Under the pieces are notes generated by a model. The model saw nothing but the letters and a program-made list of their open reading frames with translations. It searched no databases and had not been told where the DNA came from. A stretch of DNA of 64,000 nt from an uncultured delta proteobacterium (GTDB lineage Bacteria; Myxococcota_A; UBA9160; SMWR01), in contig CAWHTE010000005.1 in assembly GCA_963832165.1 (NCBI GenBank), positions 96,001 to 160,000 of the forward strand. Direction: 5' to 3'. The position numbers were made by a program, and so were the translations under genes. This document shows, in pieces, positions 17,829-28,001 of this stretch. Numbering within the stretch: position 1 is the stretch's first letter; each line of letters opens with the position of its first letter.

Positions 17829-19406
17829 TTAGTTCACGCGGCGCTGGTGCCCCTTCCAATACGGCTCGCGCAACTCGGTCTTGAGGATCTTCCCCGACGG
17901 GTTGCGCGGCAGCGCCGCAATCCGATCCACCGAAGTCGGGCATTTGTACTTCGCGAGCCGCTCGCGGCAGTAGTCGATCAGCTCCTGGTCGCTCGCGACC
18001 CGATCCTGCGCATCCACCACGATCGCCTTCACCGTCTCGCCCCAGCGCTCGGACGGCACCCCGATCACCGCCACGTCCGCCACCGCGGGGTGGCTCATCA
18101 ACACGTTCTCGATCTCCGCGGGATAGATGTTCTCACCGCCCGACACGATCATGTCCTTCACGCGGTCGTGAATGAACAGGTATCCGTCGCGTAGATAGCC
18201 GGCGTCGCCCGTGCGGAACCAACCCCGCCCGTCGGCGCCGCGTCCTTCCGGGAATGCCTGCGCCGTCGCCTCCGGATTGCGCCAGTAGCCCTTCATGTTC
18301 TGTGCGCTGCGCACCCACACCTCGCCGACCTCTCCATCGGGAAGATCGCGGTGGCTCTCGGGGTCGACGATCCGGATGTCGACATCCCCCCACGCCCGAC
18401 CCGCCGAGCGCAACAGCGTCGCGCGCGGGCCACCCGGATCGTGGTCGCGCTCGAACAGCGCCACCACACCCCCCGTGGTCTCCGTGAGCCCATACGCCTG
18501 CACGAACCCACAGCCGAAGCGCTGCATCGATTGCACCAGCACCTCCTCGCTGATCGGCGACGCGCCGTACACGATCGTGCGCATCGATGAGTAGTCGACG
18601 CGCTCGACACCCGGCGTAGCGAGCAGTATCTGCAGCACCGCCGGCACGAAGAGCGCGTTCGTCACCCGGTACTCCGAGATCAGGCGCAGGACCTCCCCCG
18701 GCACCACCTCGCGCACGATGATGTTGATCGCGCCATTGCACAGCCCCGCCAGGCCCCACCCACTGCCCGCGATGTGGAACAGCGGCATCGCCACGAGATT
18801 CACGCTCTCGGTGTCGAACGACCACGTCTTCGCGCCGATCTCCATCGCCGTGAGAAAGTTGCGGTGGGTGAGCTCGACGCCCTTCGGAAGCCCGGTGGTG
18901 CCCGAGGTGTACAGCTGGAAGCAGGTCTCGTCGGGATCGCACGCGAGCATCGGGTCGGTGGCAGGCGCGTTGCGCTGCCAGTCCGCATAACCCACCTGCC
19001 CCGCCGCGGCCGGGCTCCCGAACACCACCACGCGCGAGACCTGCGGCAGGTTCATCTGCGCCACGTGGCCCAGGAACTCCTCGCCCACGAACAGCACCTT
19101 CGCCTGCGAGTGATCGAGGATGTACTCCATCTCCCGCGCGGCGAGCCGCCAGTTCACTGCGAGTGTCACCGCCCGAGCCATGGCCGCGCCGAACAGCACA
19201 GCGAAGAACTCCGGGCCGTTCTTGTCGAGGACCGCCACGCGGTCCTGCGGCCCCACCCCTTCCGCCGCGAGCATCTGCGCCACGCGCGCCGACTCGTCGC
19301 GGAGTTCGCGGTAGGTCCACACCCGATCGCCCGCGATCAGCGCACGGCGGTCCCCGCGCTCACGGGCATGGCTGCGCACGACGTCGGCGAGGCCGGCAAA
19401 CACCAT
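17829..19406 (-). CDS. Long-chain fatty-acid--CoA ligase
   Basis: YTSGTTGLPKG, YGLTETTG, WFRTGDAG, DMIVSGGENIYPAEIE, LPRNPSGKILK; ATG 19406 with GGAGG RBS. Confidence 0.93.
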   Translation of the reverse strand: MVFAGLADVVRSHARERGDRRALIAGDRVWTYRELRDESARVAQMLAAEGVGPQDRVAVLDKNGPEFFAVLFGAAMARAVTLAVNWRLAAREMEYILDHSQAKVLFVGEEFLGHVAQMNLPQVSRVVVFGSPAAAGQVGYADWQRNAPATDPMLACDPDETCFQLYTSGTTGLPKGVELTHRNFLTAMEIGAKTWSFDTESVNLVAMPLFHIAGSGWGLAGLCNGAINIIVREVVPGEVLRLISEYRVTNALFVPAVLQILLATPGVERVDYSSMRTIVYGASPISEEVLVQSMQRFGCGFVQAYGLTETTGGVVALFERDHDPGGPRATLLRSAGRAWGDVDIRIVDPESHRDLPDGEVGEVWVRSAQNMKGYWRNPEATAQAFPEGRGADGRGWFRTGDAGYLRDGYLFIHDRVKDMIVSGGENIYPAEIENVLMSHPAVADVAVIGVPSERWGETVKAIVVDAQDRVASDQELIDYCRERLAKYKCPTSVDRIAALPRNPSGKILKTELREPYWKGHQRRVN

Positions 19407-19441
19407 GGGGGGCCACCTCCGGCCCCATCCTACACCCAGGC

Positions 19442-20698
19442 CTACGCCCCCGGGCGCGCGGGATGAACTCGATCCGGCGGCGCCAGAGGGGCACCCGGGT
19501 CGCGCTGTGCCGCGATCAGGTCGAGCATGAGGAGCAGGAACGTGGTGAGCCCGAACACGAAAGCGAGCACCACGAGCAGAGACGCGAGCAACGCGCGTGA
19601 CCAGTGCATCGTCACGTGTCCGGAGCGCAGATATTCGGCAACCCCAGGCGACGCGATCCACACCGCGCTGCCGAGCAGGATCGCCTCCGCGATCAGCCGA
19701 TTGCGCCGATTGAACAGCGACAGCGCAGAGCCCGTCACCCCCGCCTCCGCGCGCGCGCGCCCGTGCGCGGCCGACGCGATGCCCTCCGCCACCACTGCGG
19801 CCATCCCGACCACTGCCGAGGTCGTCGCGAACAACGACGCGAGCAGGAGCCGATAGATCATCCACTCGTGCAGCCGCCCCTCGCTCGCGTAGAACTGGAT
19901 CGGCTGCGCCGCCACCGAGAGCGCCACCACCGCGAGCGCCGCCGCGGCGAGCAACAGCGGCCGTGCGGGTCGATACGCCACCGCCGCCTGCACGATGCAC
20001 GTGAGGAAGCGCAGCCCATCGCGCAGCACGTGCAGCTTCGATCGCCCGACGCGCTCGGCATACGGCATGGGCAGCTCGACCATCCGCAGCTTCCCCTCGA
20101 GCAGCGCGCGGGCGCTCATCGCAGGTGTGAAGTGGAGTCCCGCGGGCAACGGGTACAGATCGCGCAGCGCCGACCGCCGGATCACGCGCATGCCGCTCGC
20201 GGTATCGCCGGGACGCTGCTTCGCGAGAATGCCGAGGATCAACGCGAACAGCGTGTTCCCGATCGCTCGAATGCGCGGCATCTCGCTATCGCGGCCCATG
20301 CGCGAGCCGAGCGCGAGATCCGCGCCCTCCGTCTCGATCGCACGCGCAAGCGTTCCGAAGAAACGCGGGTCGCACGTGCCATCGGCATCCATGAACCCGA
20401 GCAGCTCTCCGCGCGCGTGCGCAAACCCGCTCTGGATCGCTGCGCCATAGCCGCGGTTCGCATCGAACGCGAGCACGGTCACGGCCTCGATGCCGCGCGC
20501 AATCTCCTCGGTGCGGTCGGTCGAGCCATCGCTCACTGCGATGATCTCGACCGTGTCGAGTCCGGCCTCGGCGATGATCTGCGCGCGCGCCTCGCAGCAG
20601 CGGCGCAGCGTATCGCCGATCGCCTGCTCCTCGTCGAGAGCGGGCACCACGATCGTCAACATGGGTCGAGGCCCGATTTGAGATCCAGCCGCGGTCAT
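19442..20698 (-). CDS. Glycosyltransferase family 2 (polyprenol-phosphate sugar transferase-like) with C-terminal TM helices
   Basis: IVVPALDEE, VSDGSTDRT, NRGYGAA, FMDADGT, DTASGMR, ERVGRSK; ATG 20698 overlaps the upstream stop (ATGA). Confidence 0.9.
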   Translation of the reverse strand: MTAAGSQIGPRPMLTIVVPALDEEQAIGDTLRRCCEARAQIIAEAGLDTVEIIAVSDGSTDRTEEIARGIEAVTVLAFDANRGYGAAIQSGFAHARGELLGFMDADGTCDPRFFGTLARAIETEGADLALGSRMGRDSEMPRIRAIGNTLFALILGILAKQRPGDTASGMRVIRRSALRDLYPLPAGLHFTPAMSARALLEGKLRMVELPMPYAERVGRSKLHVLRDGLRFLTCIVQAAVAYRPARPLLLAAAALAVVALSVAAQPIQFYASEGRLHEWMIYRLLLASLFATTSAVVGMAAVVAEGIASAAHGRARAEAGVTGSALSLFNRRNRLIAEAILLGSAVWIASPGVAEYLRSGHVTMHWSRALLASLLVVLAFVFGLTTFLLLMLDLIAAQRDPGAPLAPPDRVHPARPGA

Positions 20699-21378
20699 GA
20701 CCCCTTCACCGCCACCACGTAGTACTGCGCTCCCAGCGGCAGCGATGCGAACCACGGCTCCAGGAAGCGCAGCCAACGCAGCGCACGCGGAAACACGAAG
20801 AGAAAGCGCGGGCGCGAGGTGTGCGCGAAGCCGCCCTCGCGCAGCAGGCGCCGCACCTCGCCCGGACCCACCGGCACGGCGTCGCGGTCGAACTCGATCC
20901 GCGCCATCACCCAGCGCGTACCGGGGTTCCAGGGCGTGTTCTCCATCAGCGCGAAGCGCCCACCCGATACGAGCGCGCGGTGCAGCGTGCGCACCACGCC
21001 CAGGCGCTCTGCGGGTCGGATGTGATGAAAGACGCCGTTCGCATAACAGAGGTCGAACGCGTTCTCCTCCGCGAAGTCGCGCAGCAGCGCGAACCGCACG
21101 CGCTCGCCCCCATGCAGCCGCCGCGCGTGCTCGATCGCGTTGGGCGCCGTGTCCACGCCGAGCACCTGCGCGGCCGGAAACACCTGCGCGAGATGTGCGG
21201 CCGTGTCGCCGATGCCACATCCGAAGTCGAGCACGCGGCGCGGCTCGAAGCCGCCGAGCTGCGCGCGCAGATCCCGCACGCGCCCCGCCATGAAGTAGTC
21301 GCGGCTCTCACCCGAGAGCCGCAGCCCGCGCTCGAGCATGGCATCGTACTCGTGGCTCTTGTCGAATAGCCGCTCCAC
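20695..21378 (-). CDS. Class I SAM-dependent methyltransferase
   Basis: VLDFGCGIG, LGVD, FDLCYANGVFHHI, ENTPWNP. Confidence 0.9.
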   Translation of the reverse strand: MERLFDKSHEYDAMLERGLRLSGESRDYFMAGRVRDLRAQLGGFEPRRVLDFGCGIGDTAAHLAQVFPAAQVLGVDTAPNAIEHARRLHGGERVRFALLRDFAEENAFDLCYANGVFHHIRPAERLGVVRTLHRALVSGGRFALMENTPWNPGTRWVMARIEFDRDAVPVGPGEVRRLLREGGFAHTSRPRFLFVFPRALRWLRFLEPWFASLPLGAQYYVVAVKGS

Positions 21379-21399
21379 CTCGCGCAGGATACCGGCGCC

Positions 21400-21876
21400 C
21401 TACTCGCCGCCAACACCACCGAGCGGGACCTCGGTGGTGTACTTGATCTGCTCCATCGCGAAGCTCGAGCTCACGTCGTGGAGCTCCGCGGTGCGGATCA
21501 GCTGCTTGTAGATCCGGTCGTAGTCGGCCACGTCGCGCGCGAGCACCTTGAGCAGGTAGTCGGTCTCGCCGCTCATGCGGTAGAGCTCGACCACCTCGGG
21601 AATCCGCCGCACGCCGCTCGCGAAGCGCTCGAGCCAGCTCTCGTTGTGCTGGTCGGTGCGAACGGACACGAACACGGTGAGCCCGACGCCGAGCTGCGCG
21701 GCGTCCACGATCGCGACGCGGCGCTGGATCACCCCCACGGCCTCGAGCCGCTTGATCCGCCGCCAGCACGGGTTCTGGCTGAGCCCGACGCGGCTCGCGA
21801 TCTGCTCGACCGGGCGCGCGGCGTCGCGCTGGAGCTCCTCGAGGATCCGGCGGTCGATCGAGTCGATTTTCACCAT
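21400..21876 (-). CDS. Lrp/AsnC family regulator (DecR/YbaO-like)
   Basis: IDRRILEELQRDA, VGLSQNPCWRRIKRLE, EVVELYRMSGETDYLLKV, SSFAMEQIKYTT. Confidence 0.92.
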   Translation of the reverse strand: MVKIDSIDRRILEELQRDAARPVEQIASRVGLSQNPCWRRIKRLEAVGVIQRRVAIVDAAQLGVGLTVFVSVRTDQHNESWLERFASGVRRIPEVVELYRMSGETDYLLKVLARDVADYDRIYKQLIRTAELHDVSSSFAMEQIKYTTEVPLGGVGGE

Positions 21877-22010
21877 GGCACCGCCCCCTTTCGATCATTT
21901 TCTCCCATGAATCTGCCAGAGGATGCATCACTTTGGGAGGTAGCCGGGTCTCCCAGGGTATACGTTTTGCCGATGTAACGGCTTTCCCGATGAAACGAGC
22001 TGGAGATCCC

Positions 22011-23180
22011 ATGGCCACCGCCCGCGGCTACGAGGACCCGGAGCGCTTCCGCTTCGCCGGCGCGATGGAAGGCGTCCCGGAGCCTGTCGTTCCGGGGCCC
22101 ATGGTTCCGGGGTTCATGGGTTGGCGCGTGCATCCCGCGGTCCCCCTGCTTCCGGGAATCGCGCTCGCCGCGGTCCTGGCGCTGCTCGCGGTGGCCGCGA
22201 GCGACTGGATCGGCGTGACATGGCTCGGCTTCGCACAGAGCCCGGTCCCGCCCGCACTCGTGGCCATCACGCTCGGGCTCGCGATCCGCAACGCGATCGG
22301 ACTGCCCGCCACCTACGACCCGGGGCTGCGCTTCTGCGTCCAGCGCGTGCTGCGCGTCGGTGTCGCGCTGCTCGGTCTGCGCCTCTCGCTCGCGGCGGTC
22401 GGCGAGATCGGCCTCTCCGCACTGCCGATCGTCGCGGCCTGCATCGCCACCGCGCTCGCGCTCGTGGCGCTCGTGACGCGCTGGCTCGGACTGCCCGCGC
22501 GCCTGGGCACTCTGATCGCCGTGGGCACCGCGATCTGCGGCAACAGCGCCATCGCGGCGACCGGCCCCGCGATCGGAGCGCGCGATGACGAGGTGAGCTA
22601 CGCGGTGGGCTGCGTCACGCTCTTCGGCCTGTTCGCGCTGATCGCCTATCCGTTCCTGTCGCAGATCCTGTTCGCGGGCGATCCGCACCTCGCGGGCCTG
22701 TTCCTCGGCGCCGCGATCCACGACACCGCACAGGTCGCGGGCGCGGGCACACTCGCCGCGCAGCACCTCGGCAACCCCACGGTGCTCGAGACCGCGGCGG
22801 TCACGAAGCTGCTGCGCAACGCGTTCATGATCGTCGTGGTGCCGGGCGCAGCGTGGTGGCACCAGCGCGGCATCGCGGGCGCACGCGTACGCATGCCGCG
22901 TCTCACCCAGGCCGTGCCGCTCTTCGTGATCGGCTTCCTCGCGCTCGCGCTGCTGCGCACGCTCGCGGATCTCTCCGGCGGCGAGCCCGTGCAGCGCCTG
23001 ATCGCTTCAGGGCTCTCGCTCTCCGCGATCTGCCTCGCGGTCGCGATGGCCGCGATCGGGCTCGGCACCAATCTGCGCAAGTTGCGCGGGCTCGGCCTGC
23101 GTCCGCTCGCGGTCGGGTTCGCGGCCGCGCTCACGGTCGGCGCCGTGGCGATTGCGCTGATCCGGGTCACCGCTTCGTAG
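22011..23180 (+). CDS. YeiH / UPF0324 family putative sulfate/sulfite exporter
   Basis: LRVGVALLGLRLS, GTAICGNSAIAA, GAAIHDTAQVAGA, VTKLLRN, AMAAIGLGT; about 10 TM; GGAG RBS before ATG 22011. Confidence 0.9.
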   Translation: MATARGYEDPERFRFAGAMEGVPEPVVPGPMVPGFMGWRVHPAVPLLPGIALAAVLALLAVAASDWIGVTWLGFAQSPVPPALVAITLGLAIRNAIGLPATYDPGLRFCVQRVLRVGVALLGLRLSLAAVGEIGLSALPIVAACIATALALVALVTRWLGLPARLGTLIAVGTAICGNSAIAATGPAIGARDDEVSYAVGCVTLFGLFALIAYPFLSQILFAGDPHLAGLFLGAAIHDTAQVAGAGTLAAQHLGNPTVLETAAVTKLLRNAFMIVVVPGAAWWHQRGIAGARVRMPRLTQAVPLFVIGFLALALLRTLADLSGGEPVQRLIASGLSLSAICLAVAMAAIGLGTNLRKLRGLGLRPLAVGFAAALTVGAVAIALIRVTAS

Positions 23181-23190
23181 AGTTCCAGTT

Positions 23191-24494
23191 CTAGAGCTCG
23201 CGCCGGAACGGCCGCATGATCCAGTTCACGGCCTTCTGGCGCCAGGGCCGGTTCTGCCAGTCCTCGTACGTGAACTGCTTCGCGCGTTCGAGGTCGTCCG
23301 CGAAGATCCGCGCCTGCTCCGCTGCGAACCGTCGACCGAACACGTTCACATTGATCTCGTCGTCGAGCTGAAACGAGCGGTTGTCGAAGTTGGTCGACCC
23401 GAGCGATGTGAAGGCATCGTCGACGATCATCACCTTGCAGTGGAACATCGTCGGTTGGTAGCGATGGATCTCGACGCCCGCGCGCAGCAGGTCGCCCCAG
23501 AGCGCGGGCGACGCGGCCTTCACGAGCGCGCTGTCCAGGTGCTTGCCCGGCACGATGACCTGGACCTTCACGCCGCGCTCGGCGGCCTGCACGAGTGATT
23601 TGATCGTCCCCGGATTGGGCACGAAGTAGGCGCTCGACACCTTGATCGAGCGCCGCGCCGAGGCGATCGCGATCCGGTACATGAGCTCGATGTTCTCGGT
23701 CGCCTCCTGCGGCGACCCCTGGAACACGTGTGCGCGATGCAGGCCGGTCCTTGCGAGCGCGGGGAAGTACGCATCCCCGTGCAGGAGCTCGCCGCCCGAC
23801 TCGAGCCAGTTGACCACGAAGACGGCCTGCAGCTGCGCGACCACGGGGCCCGTCACGCGAAAATGGGTGTCGCGCCAATGCTCGGGGGAGCCGCGTCTCC
23901 GAGCCATTCGTCGGCGATCCCGACGCCGCCCGTGAAGCCGACCTCTCCATCGACGACGAGGATCTTGCGGTGCGTGCGGTCTTCGACGTTGGCCAGCGCT
24001 CGCCATCGCGTCGGGTCGTACCACGGCAGCTCGTGGTAGAGATTGACCTCGACGCCGGCCGCCTTCATGCGCTCGAGATGGTCCGCGGTCTTGCGCGCGC
24101 TGCCGATCCAATCGATCACCACGTGCGTCGGGACGCCGGCCCGCGCGCGCTCGGCGAGCGCATCGGTGAACTGATTGGCGACTTCTCCATCCCAGTACAC
24201 GAAGGTCTCGAACGTGATCGAGCGCTTCGCCGCACGGATCGCCCGCAGCATCGCCGGGAAGATCTCGTCGCCGTTGCGCAGCGTCTCCACGCGGTTGCCG
24301 CGGACCACCTGCGATCCCAGCAGGTGGCCCACGGCGCGCTCGAACTGCGGGCTGTCCACGGGATAGGTGTGCTCGATCTCGAAGTGCGGGTCGTTGGGCC
24401 GCAGCATCGGGATGTCGCGGATCACGGGACCCGTGCATCCGAGCGCGAGCCCGGCAGCCAGGAGCAGGAGAAACGCAGCGGCGCGGCTATGCAT
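23191..24494 (-). CDS. Cardiolipin synthase-like phospholipase D (ClsB-like), frameshift near 23892
   Basis: Two HKD motifs in different frames (RTHRKILVVDG; MFHCKVMIVDD...GSTNFDNRS); WRDTH; lipobox-like LALGC near the N-terminus. Confidence 0.85.
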
Positions 24495-25407
24495 GGCCAC
24501 CGAGCCGCCCGCGCACCTCGGCCACGCCATCGATCGCTCGCTCCGGCGACTCGGCCACGGCCATCACGTTGAAATCGCGCGCACCCGCGTCGCAGTACGG
24601 CGCCAGGAAATCTGCAATCCGCGCGGGCTCGCCGTACGGGCAGTACTTCTCGAATCGCTCGAAGGGAATCCGATACATCCCTTCCATTACTCGGGAAAGT
24701 CGCTCGCGCGCCGCCGCGCGATCGGCGTCGAGCCCCACCCATACCTGGAGCCCGTGCCGCCACGCGACGCCGCGCCCCGCCCCTTCGGCCTCCACCTCCG
24801 CGCGCGCCTCCGAGAAACGCCGCGGCGAGCACCACACACCGAGCCAGCCATCCCCGAGTCGGCCCGCGCGGCGCAGCGCGGCGCTCGAGCGTCCACCCAC
24901 CACGATCGGCACGGGCGGGTCCGGTGCGGGCCGGATCCAGGCCTGCTCGAACGCGAAGAACTCGCCCTGATGACTGACCGGCTCGCCGCGCAACAACGCG
25001 CGCAGCGCCGCGAGCGACTCGTCGGTGCGGCGCCCGCGCGTCTTCGGATCGACGCCGCAGATCTCGATCTCGCGGCGATCCTCTCCGCCGACGCCCACAC
25101 CGAGCACGAGCCGGCCCGGCGCCGCCTCGCACAGCGTCGCGATCTGGCGCGCCACCGTCACGGGATGCCGCAGCGCGAGCAGGTACACACCGATGTGCAC
25201 GGCGATCTCGGGTGCGAGTGCCGCGATCATCGCCGCCTGCACGAGCCCGTCCATCCCGAAGCCCGTGTGGAAGCTCACGTGGTCGGCCACGAACACGTGG
25301 TCGAGCCCCGCGCCCTGCGCGCGCAGCGCGAGTGCCCGCCGTGTGTCGAGCGGCCCGACCTCCACGTGGATCCCGACGCGCACGCGCTCCTCGCGCTCGT
25401 GCGTCAC
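24487..25407 (-). CDS. LLM-class flavin-dependent oxidoreductase
   Basis: GLDHVFVADH, RHPVTVARQIATL, GRLVLGVGVG, PIVVGGRSSAALRRAGRLGDGW; GTG 25407 overlaps the upstream TGA. Confidence 0.88.
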   Translation of the reverse strand: MTHEREERVRVGIHVEVGPLDTRRALALRAQGAGLDHVFVADHVSFHTGFGMDGLVQAAMIAALAPEIAVHIGVYLLALRHPVTVARQIATLCEAAPGRLVLGVGVGGEDRREIEICGVDPKTRGRRTDESLAALRALLRGEPVSHQGEFFAFEQAWIRPAPDPPVPIVVGGRSSAALRRAGRLGDGWLGVWCSPRRFSEARAEVEAEGAGRGVAWRHGLQVWVGLDADRAAARERLSRVMEGMYRIPFERFEKYCPYGEPARIADFLAPYCDAGARDFNVMAVAESPERAIDGVAEVRGRLGGHA

Positions 25408-26540
25408 AGCTGCGTGATGTCCGTCTCGAGCCCCAGGAGCAGCCGGCCCGTGAGCTCGAGCGTGGCAGCGCTCACCATCATGTGCTGCGTCGCCACGTGC
25501 ACGTCGCGGAACACCCGCTGCAGCGGCGAGCGGTGGTACACCGACGTCCCACCTCCGAGGTCGTACATCAGGTCCACCGCGTCCGCGCACGCGCGCGTGG
25601 CGTGCGTGGTGGCGAGCCGCACATCGCGCCGGTGCTCCGCTTCGATCCGCCCGTGCGCGCACGCGTTCTCCCACGCGCGCTCGATCGCCTCGTAGTAGAA
25701 CGCGCGCGCCGAGCGCAGCAGCGCCTCCGCGCGCGACACGTCGCTCTGCGTCGCGGCACGCGCGGCGAGCGGCCTCGCACTGCCCTGCGGCGTCTTCCCA
25801 CCCGCGATCTCCACGAGCGCGTCGATCGCTGCACGCGCGAGCCCGAGCGCGACGGCGGCAATTCCCATCGCGAGCAGTCCGAACTGCGGAAACGCGTAGA
25901 GCGGCCGCTCGAGCGGCCCATCGACGCCGATCCCGACCGCCCTCGCGTCGGGAACGAACAGGTTGTTCATCGCGAAGTCGGTGCTGCCCGTGCCGCACAG
26001 CCCCGAGACGTGCCAGGTGTCGAAGAACTCGATCTCGGTCGCGGGCGCAATCATCATGCGCGACCGCGGCGTGCCGTTGCGCAGGAGCTCCGGCTGTCCG
26101 TCGCGGATCACCTCGCAGCCGCCCATCACCCAGTCCGCGTTCTGCGTGCCCGACCCCCACTGCCAGCGGCCGTTCACGCGGAACCCGCCCGGCTCCGCAA
26201 CCGCCTTGCCGCGCGGCGCGAACACGCCGCCCAGCAGCACCTCGGGCTTGTGGAACAGCGCGCGCGCCGAATCGGGCGGCAGCAGCGCGAGCACCGTTCC
26301 CGAGGTCGCACCGATGAATACGCACCACGCCGACGATCCATCCGCCTGCGCGAGCGTCTCGATCGTGTACATCGTGTCCGAGGGCGGCAGCTCGAGACCG
26401 CCGTACACCTCGGGCACGCACATGCGATAGAACCCCGCGCGCGCAAAGCTCGCCGAGAGGTCCGCTGGAATCCGGCGCGCGCGCTCGATCTCGTCCCCGC
26501 GCGCGCGCAGCTCGCCCCTCATCGCGCGCGCTGCAGTCAC
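25404..26540 (-). CDS. Acyl-CoA-dehydrogenase-fold flavin-dependent hydroxylase (HsaA/IacA-like); start uncertain (26567, 26540 or 26522)
   Basis: VPEVYGGLE, LAQADGSSAW, VNGRWQWGSG, DTWHVSGLCGTGS, SPLQRVFRDVHVATQH. Confidence 0.88.
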   Translation of the reverse strand: MTAARAMRGELRARGDEIERARRIPADLSASFARAGFYRMCVPEVYGGLELPPSDTMYTIETLAQADGSSAWCVFIGATSGTVLALLPPDSARALFHKPEVLLGGVFAPRGKAVAEPGGFRVNGRWQWGSGTQNADWVMGGCEVIRDGQPELLRNGTPRSRMMIAPATEIEFFDTWHVSGLCGTGSTDFAMNNLFVPDARAVGIGVDGPLERPLYAFPQFGLLAMGIAAVALGLARAAIDALVEIAGGKTPQGSARPLAARAATQSDVSRAEALLRSARAFYYEAIERAWENACAHGRIEAEHRRDVRLATTHATRACADAVDLMYDLGGGTSVYHRSPLQRVFRDVHVATQHMMVSAATLELTGRLLLGLETDITQL

Positions 26541-26551
26541 GGTATCGACGG

Positions 26552-27211
26552 TTACTTCGCGCCCCACTCCGCTCCCCAACGATCCGAAAACGCGAGCTTC
26601 GCGACCGGCCGGCGCGAGAGCGGGCCGTGCCCTCCTCGGAGCGGGTACCCGATCGGCACCGCCGCCGCGGTGGCCCACGGCTGCGGAATCTCGAGCAGCG
26701 CACGCACCTCGGGCTCGGCCTCGCACAAGAGCGTCGTGAGCACACAGCCGAGCCCTTCGGCGCGGCACGCGAGCAGCGCGTTCTCGACCGCGGTGTAGAT
26801 CGACGCCCCGCCGACCACCGAGACGCGGTCCTGCGCGAGATCGGTGATCACCATCATCTTGGGATTGAAGCAGAACACGAGCACGACGGGCGTGTCGGCG
26901 AAGTGCTCGGCGAGGTAGTCGCCCGACTCGACCATGCCCAGGGTGCGCTTGCGCAGCGCCTCGGGCGCGCCCTCGAGCTGCGCTATGTGCGCCTTCGAGT
27001 ACGCAAACCAGCGCACCGAGTAGAGATCGCCCAGGCGCCGCACGAGTTCGCGATCGCGCACCGCGATCACGCGCCACGGCTGTACGTTGCCGCCCGTCGG
27101 CGCCCAGCTCGCCGCCTCGATCACGCGCTCGAGCACGGGCTCCGGGATCGGGTCCGGCCGCAGCCGCCGCACCGCGCGCAGCGTGCTCATCGCCTCGTAG
27201 ACATCCACCAT
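26552..27211 (-). CDS. Nitroreductase family protein
   Basis: TLRAVRRLRPDPIP, APTGGNVQPWRV, ENALLACRAEGLG, VPIGYP. Confidence 0.9.
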   Translation of the reverse strand: MVDVYEAMSTLRAVRRLRPDPIPEPVLERVIEAASWAPTGGNVQPWRVIAVRDRELVRRLGDLYSVRWFAYSKAHIAQLEGAPEALRKRTLGMVESGDYLAEHFADTPVVLVFCFNPKMMVITDLAQDRVSVVGGASIYTAVENALLACRAEGLGCVLTTLLCEAEPEVRALLEIPQPWATAAAVPIGYPLRGGHGPLSRRPVAKLAFSDRWGAEWGAK

Positions 27212-27212
27212 C

Positions 27213-28001
27213 TCATCGCCCCTTGAAGACCGGAGTTCGTTTCTCGCGCAGCGCCGCGAGCGCCTCGCGGTGGTCTTCGCTCTGGAACGTCACGATCTCG
27301 AGCGCCATCGCGGTGTCGAATGCGGTGTTGAGCGCATCCTTCACGAGCTTGTTCACGGCCTGCTTCGTGTAGCGCACCGCGAGCGGCGCACCGGCCGCGA
27401 GCCGCGCTGCAAACGCGAGCGCCTCCGCCTCGAGATCTGCGGCCGGCACCACGCGGTTCACGAGCCCCATCGCGAGCGCCTCCGCGGCCGTCACCGGATC
27501 GCCCGTGAGCAGGTACTGCTTCGCGCGCGCGGGCCCGAGCACGAGCGGCCAGATCGCCGTGCCGCCGTCGCCCGCGACGATTCCCACCCGCACGTGCGGG
27601 TCGGCGATCGTGGCCGTATCGGCCATGAAGATCGCATCGCACAGGAGCGCGAGCGAAGCGCCCAGACCCACCGCGGGTCCGTTCAGCGCCGCCACGATCG
27701 GCAGCTCCACGTCGAGCAGATCCCAGATGATCTGCTTCCCGTCGCGGCGCAGGTGATCGAGCTTCTCGAGATCGTCGAGCGTGGGGAACCAGCGGAAATC
27801 GCCGCCCGCGCTGAACGCGCGCCCGCGCCCGACGAGCAACACCGCGCGCGCCTCGGACTCTCGCTTGAGGTCGCGAAACAGCTGCGCGAACTCGCCGTGC
27901 AGCAGCCCGTCGACCGTGTTCAGCTCGCTCGTCGGATGCGCGATCGCCACGCGCAGCACGTCGCCGACGCGGTCGAACTGGAGCGCGCGATAGTCCGCCA
28001 T
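27213..28001 (-). CDS. Enoyl-CoA hydratase/isomerase family protein
   Basis: GRAFSAGGD, PIVAALNGPAVGLGASLALLCD, DPHVRVGIVAGDGG, EKRTPVFKGR. Confidence 0.92.
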   Translation of the reverse strand: MADYRALQFDRVGDVLRVAIAHPTSELNTVDGLLHGEFAQLFRDLKRESEARAVLLVGRGRAFSAGGDFRWFPTLDDLEKLDHLRRDGKQIIWDLLDVELPIVAALNGPAVGLGASLALLCDAIFMADTATIADPHVRVGIVAGDGGTAIWPLVLGPARAKQYLLTGDPVTAAEALAMGLVNRVVPAADLEAEALAFAARLAAGAPLAVRYTKQAVNKLVKDALNTAFDTAMALEIVTFQSEDHREALAALREKRTPVFKGR

